37,848 bases of DNA. Source: Sedimentisphaerales bacterium. Lineage in GTDB: Bacteria > Planctomycetota > Phycisphaerae > Sedimentisphaerales > Anaerohalosphaeraceae. The stretch covers positions 1-37,848 of the forward strand of contig JAFGPC010000106.1 of the NCBI GenBank assembly GCA_016926155.1. The letters are read 5' to 3'. Below the pieces are notes generated by a model. The model was given only the letters and a program-made list of their open reading frames with translations, ran no database searches and was not told where the DNA came from. Below are positions 16,823 to 25,290 of the stretch, in pieces; the first letter of the stretch is position 1, and each line of letters opens with the position of its first letter. The translations under genes were made by a program, and so were the position numbers.

Positions 16823-18802
16823 TTATCCGCGGCCTGCGATGAGCTTCTCGACGACACTCGGATCGGCCAGCGTGGTGATATCGCCCAGGTTGCCTGTATC
16901 CTTCTCGGCAATCTTGCGCAAGATTCGACGCATGATCTTGCCCGAACGAGTCTTGGGCAGCGACGGAGCAAACTGAATCGCTTCCGGAGCGGCGATCGGG
17001 CCAATTTCCTTACGGACGTGCATGATCAATTCTTTCTTGAGAGCATCGCTTTCCTCGACGCCATCGACCAGAGTGACATAGGCATACAGACCCTGTCCCT
17101 TGATCTCGTGCGGGATCGGTGTGACAGCGGCCTCGGCGACCTTGGCATGGCTGACCAGGGCACTTTCCACCTCAGCGGTTCCGATACGGTGACCGGAGAC
17201 ATTGACTACATCGTCAATCCGACCCATCAGCCAATGATCGCCGTCTTCGTCGACCCGGCAACCGTCACCCGTGAAATACATGTTGTCGAACATCGTGAAA
17301 TACGTGTCGATAAAACGGTCATGATCGCCCCACATCGTACGCATCATACCGGGCCAGGGTTTGCGGATACACAGCTTGCCGCCTTCATTGACATTACATA
17401 CCGAAGCATCATCCCGCAGCACTATGGTGTCTACTCCGAAGAACTGCTTACAGGCGCTTCCGGGCTTAAGCGTATGGGCGCCCGGCAACGGAGTGACTAA
17501 GATCCCGCCGGTTTCGGTCTGCCACCATGTATCCACGATCGGGCATTTGCTGTGTCCGACCTTTTCATAGTACCATATCCAGGCTTCGGGATTGATTGGC
17601 TCGCCCACCGTGCCCAAAATCCGCAGGGAATCGAGCTTGTACTTGGTTACCCACTCGTCACCCAGACGCATCAGGGCGCGAATCGCCGTGGGAGCCGTAT
17701 AGAAAACGGTGACCTTGAACTTGTCGCAAATATGCCAGAAGCGTCCGGCATCCGGATAGGTCGGGACGCCTTCGAACATCAGACTTGTGGCGCCGTTGGC
17801 CAATGGGCCGTAAACGATATAGCTATGTCCTGTCACCCAGCCGATATCGGCAGTGCACCAGTAGATATCATCGTCGTGAATATTAAAAATATGCTTGTGC
17901 GACAGCGAGGTATGCATCAGGTAGCCGGCTGTGGTGTGGACCACGCCCTTGGGCTTTCCTGTCGAGCCGGAGGTGTACAGGATGAACAGCGGATCTTCGG
18001 CGTTCATATGCTCGGGTTCGCAGTCGGCGCTGGCCTTGGCCATCTCGTCATGATACCAGAAATCCCGACCGTCTATCATATCGCAGGGTTCAGTGTTGAC
18101 CTTCGTCACGATGACGCTTTCGATGGTCGGGCAATCGGCCAGGGCCTCGTCGGCGATCTTTTTGAGAAGGATGTGCTTGCCGGCCCGAAGAGACACGTTG
18201 GAGGTAATCAGCATCTTACAATCGGAATCGTTGACACGGCCCTTGATCGCGTCGGCGCTGAAACCGCCAAAAATGATCGAATGAATCGCTCCGATTCGAG
18301 TGCAGGCCATCATCACAATAGCCAGTTCGGGTACCATTGGCATATAAATAGCCACGCGGTCGCCCTTGCGGATGCCCTTGCCCTTGAGCACATTGGCAAA
18401 TTTGCAGACCTCTGTGTGCATTTCTTTATAGGTAAACTTCTTAACCGCATCCTCGGCCTCACCCTGCCAGAGGATGGCGACCTTGTTCTCAATAGGAGTG
18501 CCCAGATGACGATCCAGACAGTTGTACGAAACGTTCAGCTCACCATCGGCAAACCAGGTATGTTCGATCTTCCGGGCCTTGGTGTCCCAGGTATATTCCA
18601 GACTCTTGGTTGGTTCCTTGAACCAGGTCAGCGTCTTGGCCTGTTCCAGCCAGAAAGCATCCGGGTCGTTGATCGACTTTTCCCACATTTCCTTGTACTG
18701 CTGCTCGCTGTTAATCCAGGCATTCGACTGCACGTTGGTAGGCGGGGGAAACTTACGGCCTTCAACCATGAGCGATTGCATTCCTTTGTTTTGTTCTGCC
18801 AT
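16823..18802 (-). CDS. acs: acetyl-CoA synthetase (AMP-forming)
   Basis: 659 aa. Canonical Acs N-terminus (NSEQQYKEMWEKSINDPDAFW) and AMP-binding motif YTSGSTGKPKG. The conserved acetylatable Lys sits in the PKTRSGKIMRR context. GAGGTG lies 8 nt before the ATG. Confidence 0.92.
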   Translation of the reverse strand: MAEQNKGMQSLMVEGRKFPPPTNVQSNAWINSEQQYKEMWEKSINDPDAFWLEQAKTLTWFKEPTKSLEYTWDTKARKIEHTWFADGELNVSYNCLDRHLGTPIENKVAILWQGEAEDAVKKFTYKEMHTEVCKFANVLKGKGIRKGDRVAIYMPMVPELAIVMMACTRIGAIHSIIFGGFSADAIKGRVNDSDCKMLITSNVSLRAGKHILLKKIADEALADCPTIESVIVTKVNTEPCDMIDGRDFWYHDEMAKASADCEPEHMNAEDPLFILYTSGSTGKPKGVVHTTAGYLMHTSLSHKHIFNIHDDDIYWCTADIGWVTGHSYIVYGPLANGATSLMFEGVPTYPDAGRFWHICDKFKVTVFYTAPTAIRALMRLGDEWVTKYKLDSLRILGTVGEPINPEAWIWYYEKVGHSKCPIVDTWWQTETGGILVTPLPGAHTLKPGSACKQFFGVDTIVLRDDASVCNVNEGGKLCIRKPWPGMMRTMWGDHDRFIDTYFTMFDNMYFTGDGCRVDEDGDHWLMGRIDDVVNVSGHRIGTAEVESALVSHAKVAEAAVTPIPHEIKGQGLYAYVTLVDGVEESDALKKELIMHVRKEIGPIAAPEAIQFAPSLPKTRSGKIMRRILRKIAEKDTGNLGDITTLADPSVVEKLIAGRG

Positions 18803-18872
18803 GAGACTACACCTCGACCTTTCACAAGAATTAACAATTTATTTTCATTCTGCAGCTTTACATAGCTGAAAT

Positions 18873-18929
18873 ATCGCGGATAGGGATTCCCCGCGAGATT
18901 TTGCATACCCTAGCAGGATAGCCCGCGAT
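18873..18929. promoter_or_regulatory. candidate operator: three CCGCGA half-sites (one inverted) 70-127 bp upstream of acs
   Basis: aTCGCGG (18874-18879), CCGCGAgat (18891-18896) and CCGCGAttt (18923-18928). The first two form a 6-bp inverted repeat with an 11-nt spacer. Confidence 0.3.
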
Positions 18930-19103
18930 TTCAATAGAAAAACACAGGATTTGTGAGATTTTGAGAAGAACCAGTACATAAATAGGTTCCAATCGAACAT
19001 TCATAAGTCGCATAAAACAAGTGAATTAGGTGCAATATAAATGATAAAGATTTCACAATAATCTGCACGTTGATCTACTTGTTAAATATATCGCTCAAAT
19101 TGG

Positions 19104-19132
19104 AGTTTACAGAAAAATTACCTAGTTTACAG
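19104..19132. promoter_or_regulatory. direct repeat AGTTTACAG x2 (20-bp periodicity) in the AT-rich acs upstream region
   Basis: AGTTTACAG at 19104-19112 and again at 19124-19132. Confidence 0.25.
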
Positions 19133-19205
19133 CGGCGCTTGGGGTGGTTTCGTCGTCTATATAGGTAGAAGGATTGCTGGTTCACAGGAAAACGGATGCC
19201 ACAGA

Positions 19206-19460
19206 ATGGAAATCACAGCGAGACATAACGGATTGACCACAGAAAAGTTCTCCGAGGAGTTGTATTTCATGCTCCTGTCGACGACAATGCGAAAGCGGGT
19301 TGAGGCCCTCGGGGCCAAGTACGGCCTGGATGGCGACGAACTCCGCTCGACAGTCCTGCAATTGACGAATCAACTTGCCAAACGAACCGGTCAACTTCAT
19401 CGGAATCAGCATGAGGAAGTCGATTTTTTATCTGAGTTAGAGTCTACTTGGACAGTTTGA
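19206..19460 (+). CDS. small hypothetical protein (84 aa)
   Basis: The helical-looking translation (RKRVEALGAKYGLDGDELRSTVLQL) reads more like protein than the antisense ORF does. No clear RBS. It overlaps the 3' end of the convergent TM2 gene by 17 nt. Confidence 0.3.
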   Translation: MEITARHNGLTTEKFSEELYFMLLSTTMRKRVEALGAKYGLDGDELRSTVLQLTNQLAKRTGQLHRNQHEEVDFLSELESTWTV

Positions 19461-19671
19461 CGGGGCGTCCTTCGGCGTCTGTGAAATTGCCCATGACCAG
19501 GATAATCAGGTCAATCAGCCACCAGATGCCGCATCCGCCGGCTGTGAGAAGAAAGAGAATCCCCGAGCCGATCTTGCCCACGAAAAACCGGTGAATTCCC
19601 AAACCGGGTAACAGCAAAAGCAATAACAGGCATGCAACACCGCTCTTGTCCGAGATTTGTCCGTTAGTCAT
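19444..19671 (-). CDS. TM2 domain-containing membrane protein (NINE-family like)
   Basis: GIHRFFVGKIGSGILFLL...GIWWLIDLI is a TM2-domain signature. The likely start is ATG at 19671 (MTNGQISDK...), with GGAG 7 nt upstream. The longer track ORF would start at 19743. Confidence 0.65.
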   Translation of the reverse strand: MTNGQISDKSGVACLLLLLLLPGLGIHRFFVGKIGSGILFLLTAGGCGIWWLIDLIILVMGNFTDAEGRPVKLSK

Positions 19672-19925
19672 CCTGGCTCCTTTCCAATCTCTGTTCATCC
19701 GTTGATTTGCCCATACAATGGACGAACAGATACGCCTTGTCAAATAAAATGTTCACAGTTGCTCGTTTTCCACGTTTTGATCGAATGCCTTTATAGTCGC
19801 AGAACAGCCGATTTTGTGACAGGAAAAGTGCGATATTCCCCATACCCGGAAAGGAGCCGGATGAGAATCGGGGGCAACTCAAGAAAGACATATCCTGTAA
19901 AACCCAGCCTGATATTGACTTGAAA

Positions 19926-19955
19926 GGGCGAAACTGGTACCGTATCGTTTCGCCC
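19926..19955 (+). promoter_or_regulatory. structured leader hairpin upstream of trpS (9-bp perfect stem, 12-nt loop containing UGGUACCG)
   Basis: GGGCGAAAC-tggtaccgtatc-GTTTCGCCC. It is followed by a second AAGGGCGA copy. It lies 50 nt before the trpS start. Confidence 0.3.
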
Positions 19956-20005
19956 CATAAGGGCGATTGGCAGATAAAAGATTCGGATTGAGACAGGAGA
20001 GCAAT

Positions 20006-20974
20006 TTGGCACGGGTACTATCGGGCATCCAGCCGTCGGGCAAGCTGCATATTGGTAACTTTTTCGGGGCGATACGGCAGCATCTGGCGTTACAGTCAGA
20101 GAATGAAGGTTTTTACTTTATCGCCGATTACCACGCGATGACAAGCAATCCCTCCGCAGACGAGCTTCGGAAGCGATCGCTGGAAGTGGTCATGGATTAT
20201 ATCGCCCTCGGATTGGATACGAACAAGACGGTGTTCTGGCGGCAGTCGGATGTGCCGGAAGTGACCGAACTGGCGTGGATCCTGTCGTGTGTGACTCCGA
20301 TGGGGCTCTTGCAGCGATGTACCAGCTTCAAGGATAAAGTCGCCCAGGGCCTGAGCCCCAATCATGGCCTGTTTGCTTATCCGGTCCTGCAGGCGGCCGA
20401 CATCCTGGCCTATCACAGCAACCTCGTTCCGGTCGGTGCCGATCAGAAACAGCATATTGAAGTAACCCGTGATATTGCCCAGCGGTTTAACAATTTCTAC
20501 GGGGAGGTCCTGACTATCCCTGAGGATTATATTTTGGATGAGGTTGCCGTGGTGCCGGGTCTGGACGGCCGCAAGATGAGCAAGAGTTACGACAACACGA
20601 TCGAAATTTTCGAGCCGGAAAGCAGCGTTAAGAAAAAGATCATGCGGATGCAGACTGATTCGACACCGGTGGAGGAACCGAAAGATCCGGACAAGTGCAA
20701 TATCTTTGCCCTACTGCGTCTGGTGGCCTCCAAAGAGGAAATCCAGGAATGGGATCAGAAGTACCGGGCCGGCGGAGTGGGATACGGCTCAACGAAAAAA
20801 CGGGTTGTCGAACTGATGCACGAATATTTCCGACCATATCGAGCGAAACGGACGGAACTGGAGAATAATATCGACTTCGTTAAGCAGGTGTTAGCCGACG
20901 GGGCCGCCCGGGCGCGATCCATCGCCCGAAAAACGCTGGACGAGGTCAGGAAAGCTGTAGGATTAGGAGCCTAA
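20006..20974 (+). CDS. trpS: tryptophan--tRNA ligase
   Basis: Class I aaRS with HIGH-type GIQPSGKLHIGNF and KMSKS motifs. The probable start is TTG 20006 (ARVLSGIQPSG), with AGGAGAG 5 nt upstream. The track starts at ATG 19967. Confidence 0.9.
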   Translation: MARVLSGIQPSGKLHIGNFFGAIRQHLALQSENEGFYFIADYHAMTSNPSADELRKRSLEVVMDYIALGLDTNKTVFWRQSDVPEVTELAWILSCVTPMGLLQRCTSFKDKVAQGLSPNHGLFAYPVLQAADILAYHSNLVPVGADQKQHIEVTRDIAQRFNNFYGEVLTIPEDYILDEVAVVPGLDGRKMSKSYDNTIEIFEPESSVKKKIMRMQTDSTPVEEPKDPDKCNIFALLRLVASKEEIQEWDQKYRAGGVGYGSTKKRVVELMHEYFRPYRAKRTELENNIDFVKQVLADGAARARSIARKTLDEVRKAVGLGA

Positions 20975-20976
20975 GT

Positions 20977-21252
20977 ATGCAAGAGCACCCTCACACGGAA
21001 GACGAACTGGTAACGATTGCCGAGTTTGGGCACGAATTCGAGGCTGAAATGGCACGAATCGCCCTGGAAAACGAAGGAATCGAGGCGACCATTGTGGGCG
21101 GAGACCTGGTGGCGAATATGCCGACGATTGAAGATATCAAGATTCAATTACAGGTCTTTGAGAAGGATGTAGAGCGAGCTGAGCAGGTTCTGGCGGCGCA
21201 GGCAGAATCCGCCGAATCGCTGGATGACTCGGACGACGAGGAACAGGAGTAG
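20977..21252 (+). CDS. small acidic protein, DUF2007-like (putative signal-transducing protein family)
   Basis: 91 aa. Its start is 3 nt after the trpS stop, so it is likely translationally coupled. Two-half architecture with acidic tail DDSDDEEQE. Family assignment is from memory of PF09413 only. Confidence 0.5.
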   Translation: MQEHPHTEDELVTIAEFGHEFEAEMARIALENEGIEATIVGGDLVANMPTIEDIKIQLQVFEKDVERAEQVLAAQAESAESLDDSDDEEQE

Positions 21253-21257
21253 ACATC

Positions 21258-22331
21258 TTGTCGGAATATCATGTCAGTCTGGATATTTTTTCCGGCCCGC
21301 TGGACCTGTTGTTGTACCTGGTCCGCAAGGAAGAGGTTGATATCTACGATATTCCAATCTCCCGGATCACAGAGCAGTATCTGGGCTACGTGGAAATCCT
21401 CAAGCAGATCGATATCGAGCTGGCGGGCGATTTTCTGGTGATGGCCGCGACGCTGATGGAGATCAAGTCTATCATGCTGCTGCCGACACCGGAGGAGGAT
21501 ATGACCGGGACTGAGGACATCAGCGATCCTCGCGCTGAACTGGTGCGGCAATTGCTGGAATACAAACGGTTCAAGGATGCGGCAAACCTGCTCGAATCGG
21601 CGGCGGCCGAACGCGATCTGCGTTATACCCGGCCGGACACGATTATCGCCAAACTCAAGCCGGACGCCGAGCCGGAGGTGGATCTGGAAGACATCTCGGT
21701 ATGGACGCTGCTCGAGGCATTCGACCGGATCATGCAGTCGGTCGGCACCTATCAGAGCTATGATTACATCGAAGATGATACGCCAATTGATCTGTACCAG
21801 ATTGCTTTGTTGCATCGGTTGCAGACGGAAGGAGCAATGACGTTGGAAGGCGTTTTTATGGATCGCCAGAACCGACTGGTGATGATCGGAACATTTCTCG
21901 GCTTGTTGGAACTGATCCGTGACCAGCTTGTGGCAGCCGAACAGAGCCATCCGGAGGCCCCGATTTATTTGCGGGCTCTGACGGATGAACCTGCCGAAGT
22001 AGCGGTTCAGAACGCCATCTATGCTCGCATGGCGCCGGAGGAAGAACAGGCTCAAGAGACGATAGAAGAAAGGCCAACCGAAAGCGCGGAAGGCCCTGAA
22101 CAGGAATCCCAGGAAGACCAGGATACCGATTCAATGGGGGGAAAGGGCGACGAAGATTTCCACATAGAAGAAAAGCCTTTCCCGGATGACCTGCCGGCCC
22201 CGGCCGAAACCGAAGAAGTAGAAGCCAGTTCCGGAGGACAGAAAGCTCCAATCTCTATCCAGGAGATCCCGCCAAAATCCAGCCCTATAGAGTCTCAGAA
22301 AATGACCGAGGAATCCTCCGGTCGGGGATAA
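21258..22331 (+). CDS. scpA: segregation and condensation protein A (kleisin) with ~110-aa acidic C-terminal extension
   Basis: LDIFSGPLDLLLYLVRKEEVDIYDIPISRITEQYL and ELAGDFLVMAATLMEIKS are ScpA signatures. TTG start at 21258. The tail is E/D/P/S-rich and low complexity. Confidence 0.85.
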   Translation: MSEYHVSLDIFSGPLDLLLYLVRKEEVDIYDIPISRITEQYLGYVEILKQIDIELAGDFLVMAATLMEIKSIMLLPTPEEDMTGTEDISDPRAELVRQLLEYKRFKDAANLLESAAAERDLRYTRPDTIIAKLKPDAEPEVDLEDISVWTLLEAFDRIMQSVGTYQSYDYIEDDTPIDLYQIALLHRLQTEGAMTLEGVFMDRQNRLVMIGTFLGLLELIRDQLVAAEQSHPEAPIYLRALTDEPAEVAVQNAIYARMAPEEEQAQETIEERPTESAEGPEQESQEDQDTDSMGGKGDEDFHIEEKPFPDDLPAPAETEEVEASSGGQKAPISIQEIPPKSSPIESQKMTEESSGRG

Positions 22332-22500
22332 TCCGAACCAGAGGCCCGTTCATACATGGATTGAAATTGTAATGGCGGTAGCATCTCTTTTTATGTCCCC
22401 CAAAGTTCCAACACGGGATCGATTTTTCGTTGGACAATGATAGGATCGGTATCTAGGATGTTCTGTTTTATCGGGGCCGGATTGGATAGCTCCTCAGGGG

Positions 22501-22517
22501 GATGTCGTGTGGACATC
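22501..22517. promoter_or_regulatory. inverted repeat GATGTC-N5-GACATC about 35 nt upstream of alaS
   Basis: Perfect 6-bp arms at 22501-22506 and 22512-22517. Confidence 0.25.
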
Positions 22518-22549
22518 TCTGCCGGTCGGTTGCAGACGGAGAAAAACAG

Positions 22550-25279
22550 ATGCTGTCTTCGAAAGAGATTCGAAGTCGTTTTATTGATTTTTTTGAACAA
22601 AAAGCGCATATGTTTGTGCCGAGCGCTCCGGTTGTGCCGATTGGAGACGAGACACTGCTGTTTACGAATGCGGGCATGAACCAGTTCAAGGACTATTTCC
22701 TCGGCTTGAAGGCGGCTCCCTGGAAACGGGCGGCCAACAGTCAGAAATGCATCCGCGTCAGTGGAAAACACAACGACCTGGAAGAGGTCGGATTGGATAC
22801 GTATCATCACACCTTTTTTGAGATGCTGGGTAACTGGTCGTTTGACGATTATTTTAAAGCCGAGGCGATTGAATGGGCTTGGGAATTGTTGACAAAAGTA
22901 TATGGGATCGATCCGAATCGGCTCTGGGCTACGGTGTTTGCGGGAGACCCACAGGATGGATCGGAGCCGGATCTGGAAGCCAAAGACCTTTGGAAAAAAT
23001 TGACTCCGCTTCCTCCCGAGCGAATTCTTTCTTGTGGTAAAAAGGATAACTTTTGGGAAATGGGCGCTATGGGCCCATGCGGACCATGCAGCGAGATTCA
23101 TATTGATCTGGGACCGGATCGATGCGATATGCAGCATGTACCGGGACACACTTGTGCGGTGAATGCAGGTTGTGCACGGTATATCGAGTTATGGAACTTG
23201 GTGTTCATCCAATTTGATCGCAAATCGGATGGAACACTGGAACGTCTGGGAGCCAATTATGTAGATACCGGTGCCGGTTTGGAGCGGATCAGTGCGGTCC
23301 TGCAGAATAAGACCAGCAATTATGATACCGACTTGTTCATGCCGATTCTGAATGCCGTCTCGGACTTGACGGGTCACAAGTATACCTCGAAGCTGGGCAA
23401 TAAGACGGACAACGCTTTTCGTGTGATCGCGGATCATATTCGTTCATTGACCTTTTCGATCGCCGATGGTGTAACTCCCTCCAACGAGGGACGCGGGTAT
23501 GTAATGCGGCGGATCCTGCGTCGGGCAGCTCGTTTCGGTCGAGTGCTCGATGCCCATGAGCCATTCCTATACAAGCTTGTTCCTGTGCTGGCCGAGGAAA
23601 TGGGCGAGGCGTTTCCTGAAGTTCGGCAGCGGGCTGATTTTATTGCGACGGTTATCGAGTCGGAAGAAGCAGGCTTTAGCCGGACACTCGACCGTGGGTT
23701 AGAGATTTTTTCCACGGCGGTCGAACGGGCAAAAAAGGCCGGCCGCAAGCAGATTGACGGGGAGGATGCCTTCCAACTGTACGATACATACGGTTTTCCG
23801 CTCGACCTGACACAATTGCTGGCTCGGGAACGAGGATTGAGTGTCGATGTCAAACTGTTCGAGAAACGTATGGATCAGCAGCGCGAGCAAGCAAGAGCCG
23901 CCCAGAAGGCGGGTACTCTCAAGGCCTCCCTTTCGGGAGTCGAGCTTCCGACAACCGATGATTCCCTGAAATATAAGACCGACACTTGTAAAGCCAATGT
24001 TATGGGGTGGATTAATTCCGACGGCTTTGTAACAAGCGGTTCGTTTTCTGATTCGAACACCACGATAAGCCTTGTGCTGGACCGGACATGTTTTTATGCC
24101 GAGGCAGGCGGACAGGTTGGCGATGTCGGCATGATAACAGGATCGGAGTTCCAATTCGTTGTGGAAGCGACGGAAAAAATCGCCGATTGTGTCGTCCATA
24201 CGGGCAAACTTGCGGAAGGCGCCGTCAAGATTGGAATGGACGTTACGGCAAGCGTTGACAAAAACCGACAGGCCAGCAAAAGAAACCATACCGCAACCCA
24301 TCTGCTACAGTGGGCCCTGCAGAATGTATTGGGCGATTCAGTACACCAGCAGGGATCTCTCGTCTGCCCGGATTATCTGCGGTTTGACTTTACAAGTCCC
24401 AGGGCATTGACGCCGGAGGAAATGGATAAAGTCGAACAACTCATCCGCGACAAGATCGCCCAGGCCGAACCGGTCACGTGCTCAGTGATGCCCATTGATG
24501 CGGCCAAACAAGTGGGAGCCATGGCTTTGTTCGGGGAAAAGTATGGAGACGAGGTACGCGTCATTGCCGTCGGGGCAAAGGATGAGTCTCGGATCAAGGA
24601 TGCCTTCAGCCGGGAGTTTTGCGGCGGAACCCACGTAGCCAACACTTCGGAAATCGGCGGATTTAAAATCGTCAAGGAAGAAAGTATCTCTGCAGGTGTC
24701 CGGCGGATCACTGCATTGACGGGGCAGGGATTGATTGACCATTTACTGACTCGAGGCCAAGTTGTTGACGAACTGGTGGCTCTCCTTAAAACACCCCCCG
24801 AGCGGATCGTCGGACGCATCCAAAAATTGTTGGAAGACAACAAGAAGCTGGTCAAGGACTTGAAAACGGCAGCTCAAAAAGGCGGATCTGACGCGATGTC
24901 GGAGGCGACAGAACTCCTGAAATCGGCTGTAAAAATCGACACCGTATCTGTCGTGGTCGGACAGCTTTCCGCCTGTCCTATCGAGCAAGCTCGTCAGGCC
25001 ATGGATATTGTGAAGAAAAAAGGGAAATCCGCGGCTGTCGTGTTTGGAATGGCCGAAGCCGATGACAAAGTGATGTTGCTCGTTGGTGTGACAGATGACT
25101 TGGTGGCCAAAGGGATCAAGGCAGGAGACATTGTTAAAACGATTGCTCCAATCATCGGCGGCGGAGGGGGCGGCCGTCCACAGATGGCTCAGGCCGGTGG
25201 GAAAGATCCTAAAAAACTTAACGACGCCTTGCAGAAAGCCCGCGAGATCATTGAAGTCAAACTGACAAACGCCTCATAA
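22550..25279 (+). CDS. alaS: alanine--tRNA ligase
   Basis: Class II AlaRS motifs FTNAGMNQFK, HHTFFEMLGNWSFDDYFK, the editing-domain HTATHLL and a C-terminal DHHA1-like GGGGGGRP. Likely ATG 22550 (MLSSKEIRSRFIDFF), with GGAG 10 nt upstream. The track ORF starts at 22502. Confidence 0.92.
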   Translation: MLSSKEIRSRFIDFFEQKAHMFVPSAPVVPIGDETLLFTNAGMNQFKDYFLGLKAAPWKRAANSQKCIRVSGKHNDLEEVGLDTYHHTFFEMLGNWSFDDYFKAEAIEWAWELLTKVYGIDPNRLWATVFAGDPQDGSEPDLEAKDLWKKLTPLPPERILSCGKKDNFWEMGAMGPCGPCSEIHIDLGPDRCDMQHVPGHTCAVNAGCARYIELWNLVFIQFDRKSDGTLERLGANYVDTGAGLERISAVLQNKTSNYDTDLFMPILNAVSDLTGHKYTSKLGNKTDNAFRVIADHIRSLTFSIADGVTPSNEGRGYVMRRILRRAARFGRVLDAHEPFLYKLVPVLAEEMGEAFPEVRQRADFIATVIESEEAGFSRTLDRGLEIFSTAVERAKKAGRKQIDGEDAFQLYDTYGFPLDLTQLLARERGLSVDVKLFEKRMDQQREQARAAQKAGTLKASLSGVELPTTDDSLKYKTDTCKANVMGWINSDGFVTSGSFSDSNTTISLVLDRTCFYAEAGGQVGDVGMITGSEFQFVVEATEKIADCVVHTGKLAEGAVKIGMDVTASVDKNRQASKRNHTATHLLQWALQNVLGDSVHQQGSLVCPDYLRFDFTSPRALTPEEMDKVEQLIRDKIAQAEPVTCSVMPIDAAKQVGAMALFGEKYGDEVRVIAVGAKDESRIKDAFSREFCGGTHVANTSEIGGFKIVKEESISAGVRRITALTGQGLIDHLLTRGQVVDELVALLKTPPERIVGRIQKLLEDNKKLVKDLKTAAQKGGSDAMSEATELLKSAVKIDTVSVVVGQLSACPIEQARQAMDIVKKKGKSAAVVFGMAEADDKVMLLVGVTDDLVAKGIKAGDIVKTIAPIIGGGGGGRPQMAQAGGKDPKKLNDALQKAREIIEVKLTNAS

Positions 25280-25290
25280 TGGCAGAAAGT

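Noticed and set aside
17018-18865. + strand ORFs (160 aa, 437 aa etc.) antisense to acs
   Set aside because: acs identity is certain on the minus strand. The + strand translations are low-complexity antisense products.
19672-20005. Full T-box riboswitch call upstream of trpS
   Set aside because: Only a loosely similar hairpin loop (UGGUACCG) is present. I could not find a Stem I/specifier loop with a UGG codon, and there is no U-tract after the hairpin. Kept as a low-confidence structured leader.
21144-22055. 303-aa minus-strand ORF
   Set aside because: Antisense to scpA, whose N-terminal motifs are clear.
22391-23149. 252-aa minus-strand ORF
   Set aside because: It lies inside the alaS coding region on the opposite strand. 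alaS is unambiguous, so this is a typical GC-rich shadow ORF. The same applies to 23434-23853, 23699-24301 and 24373-24855.
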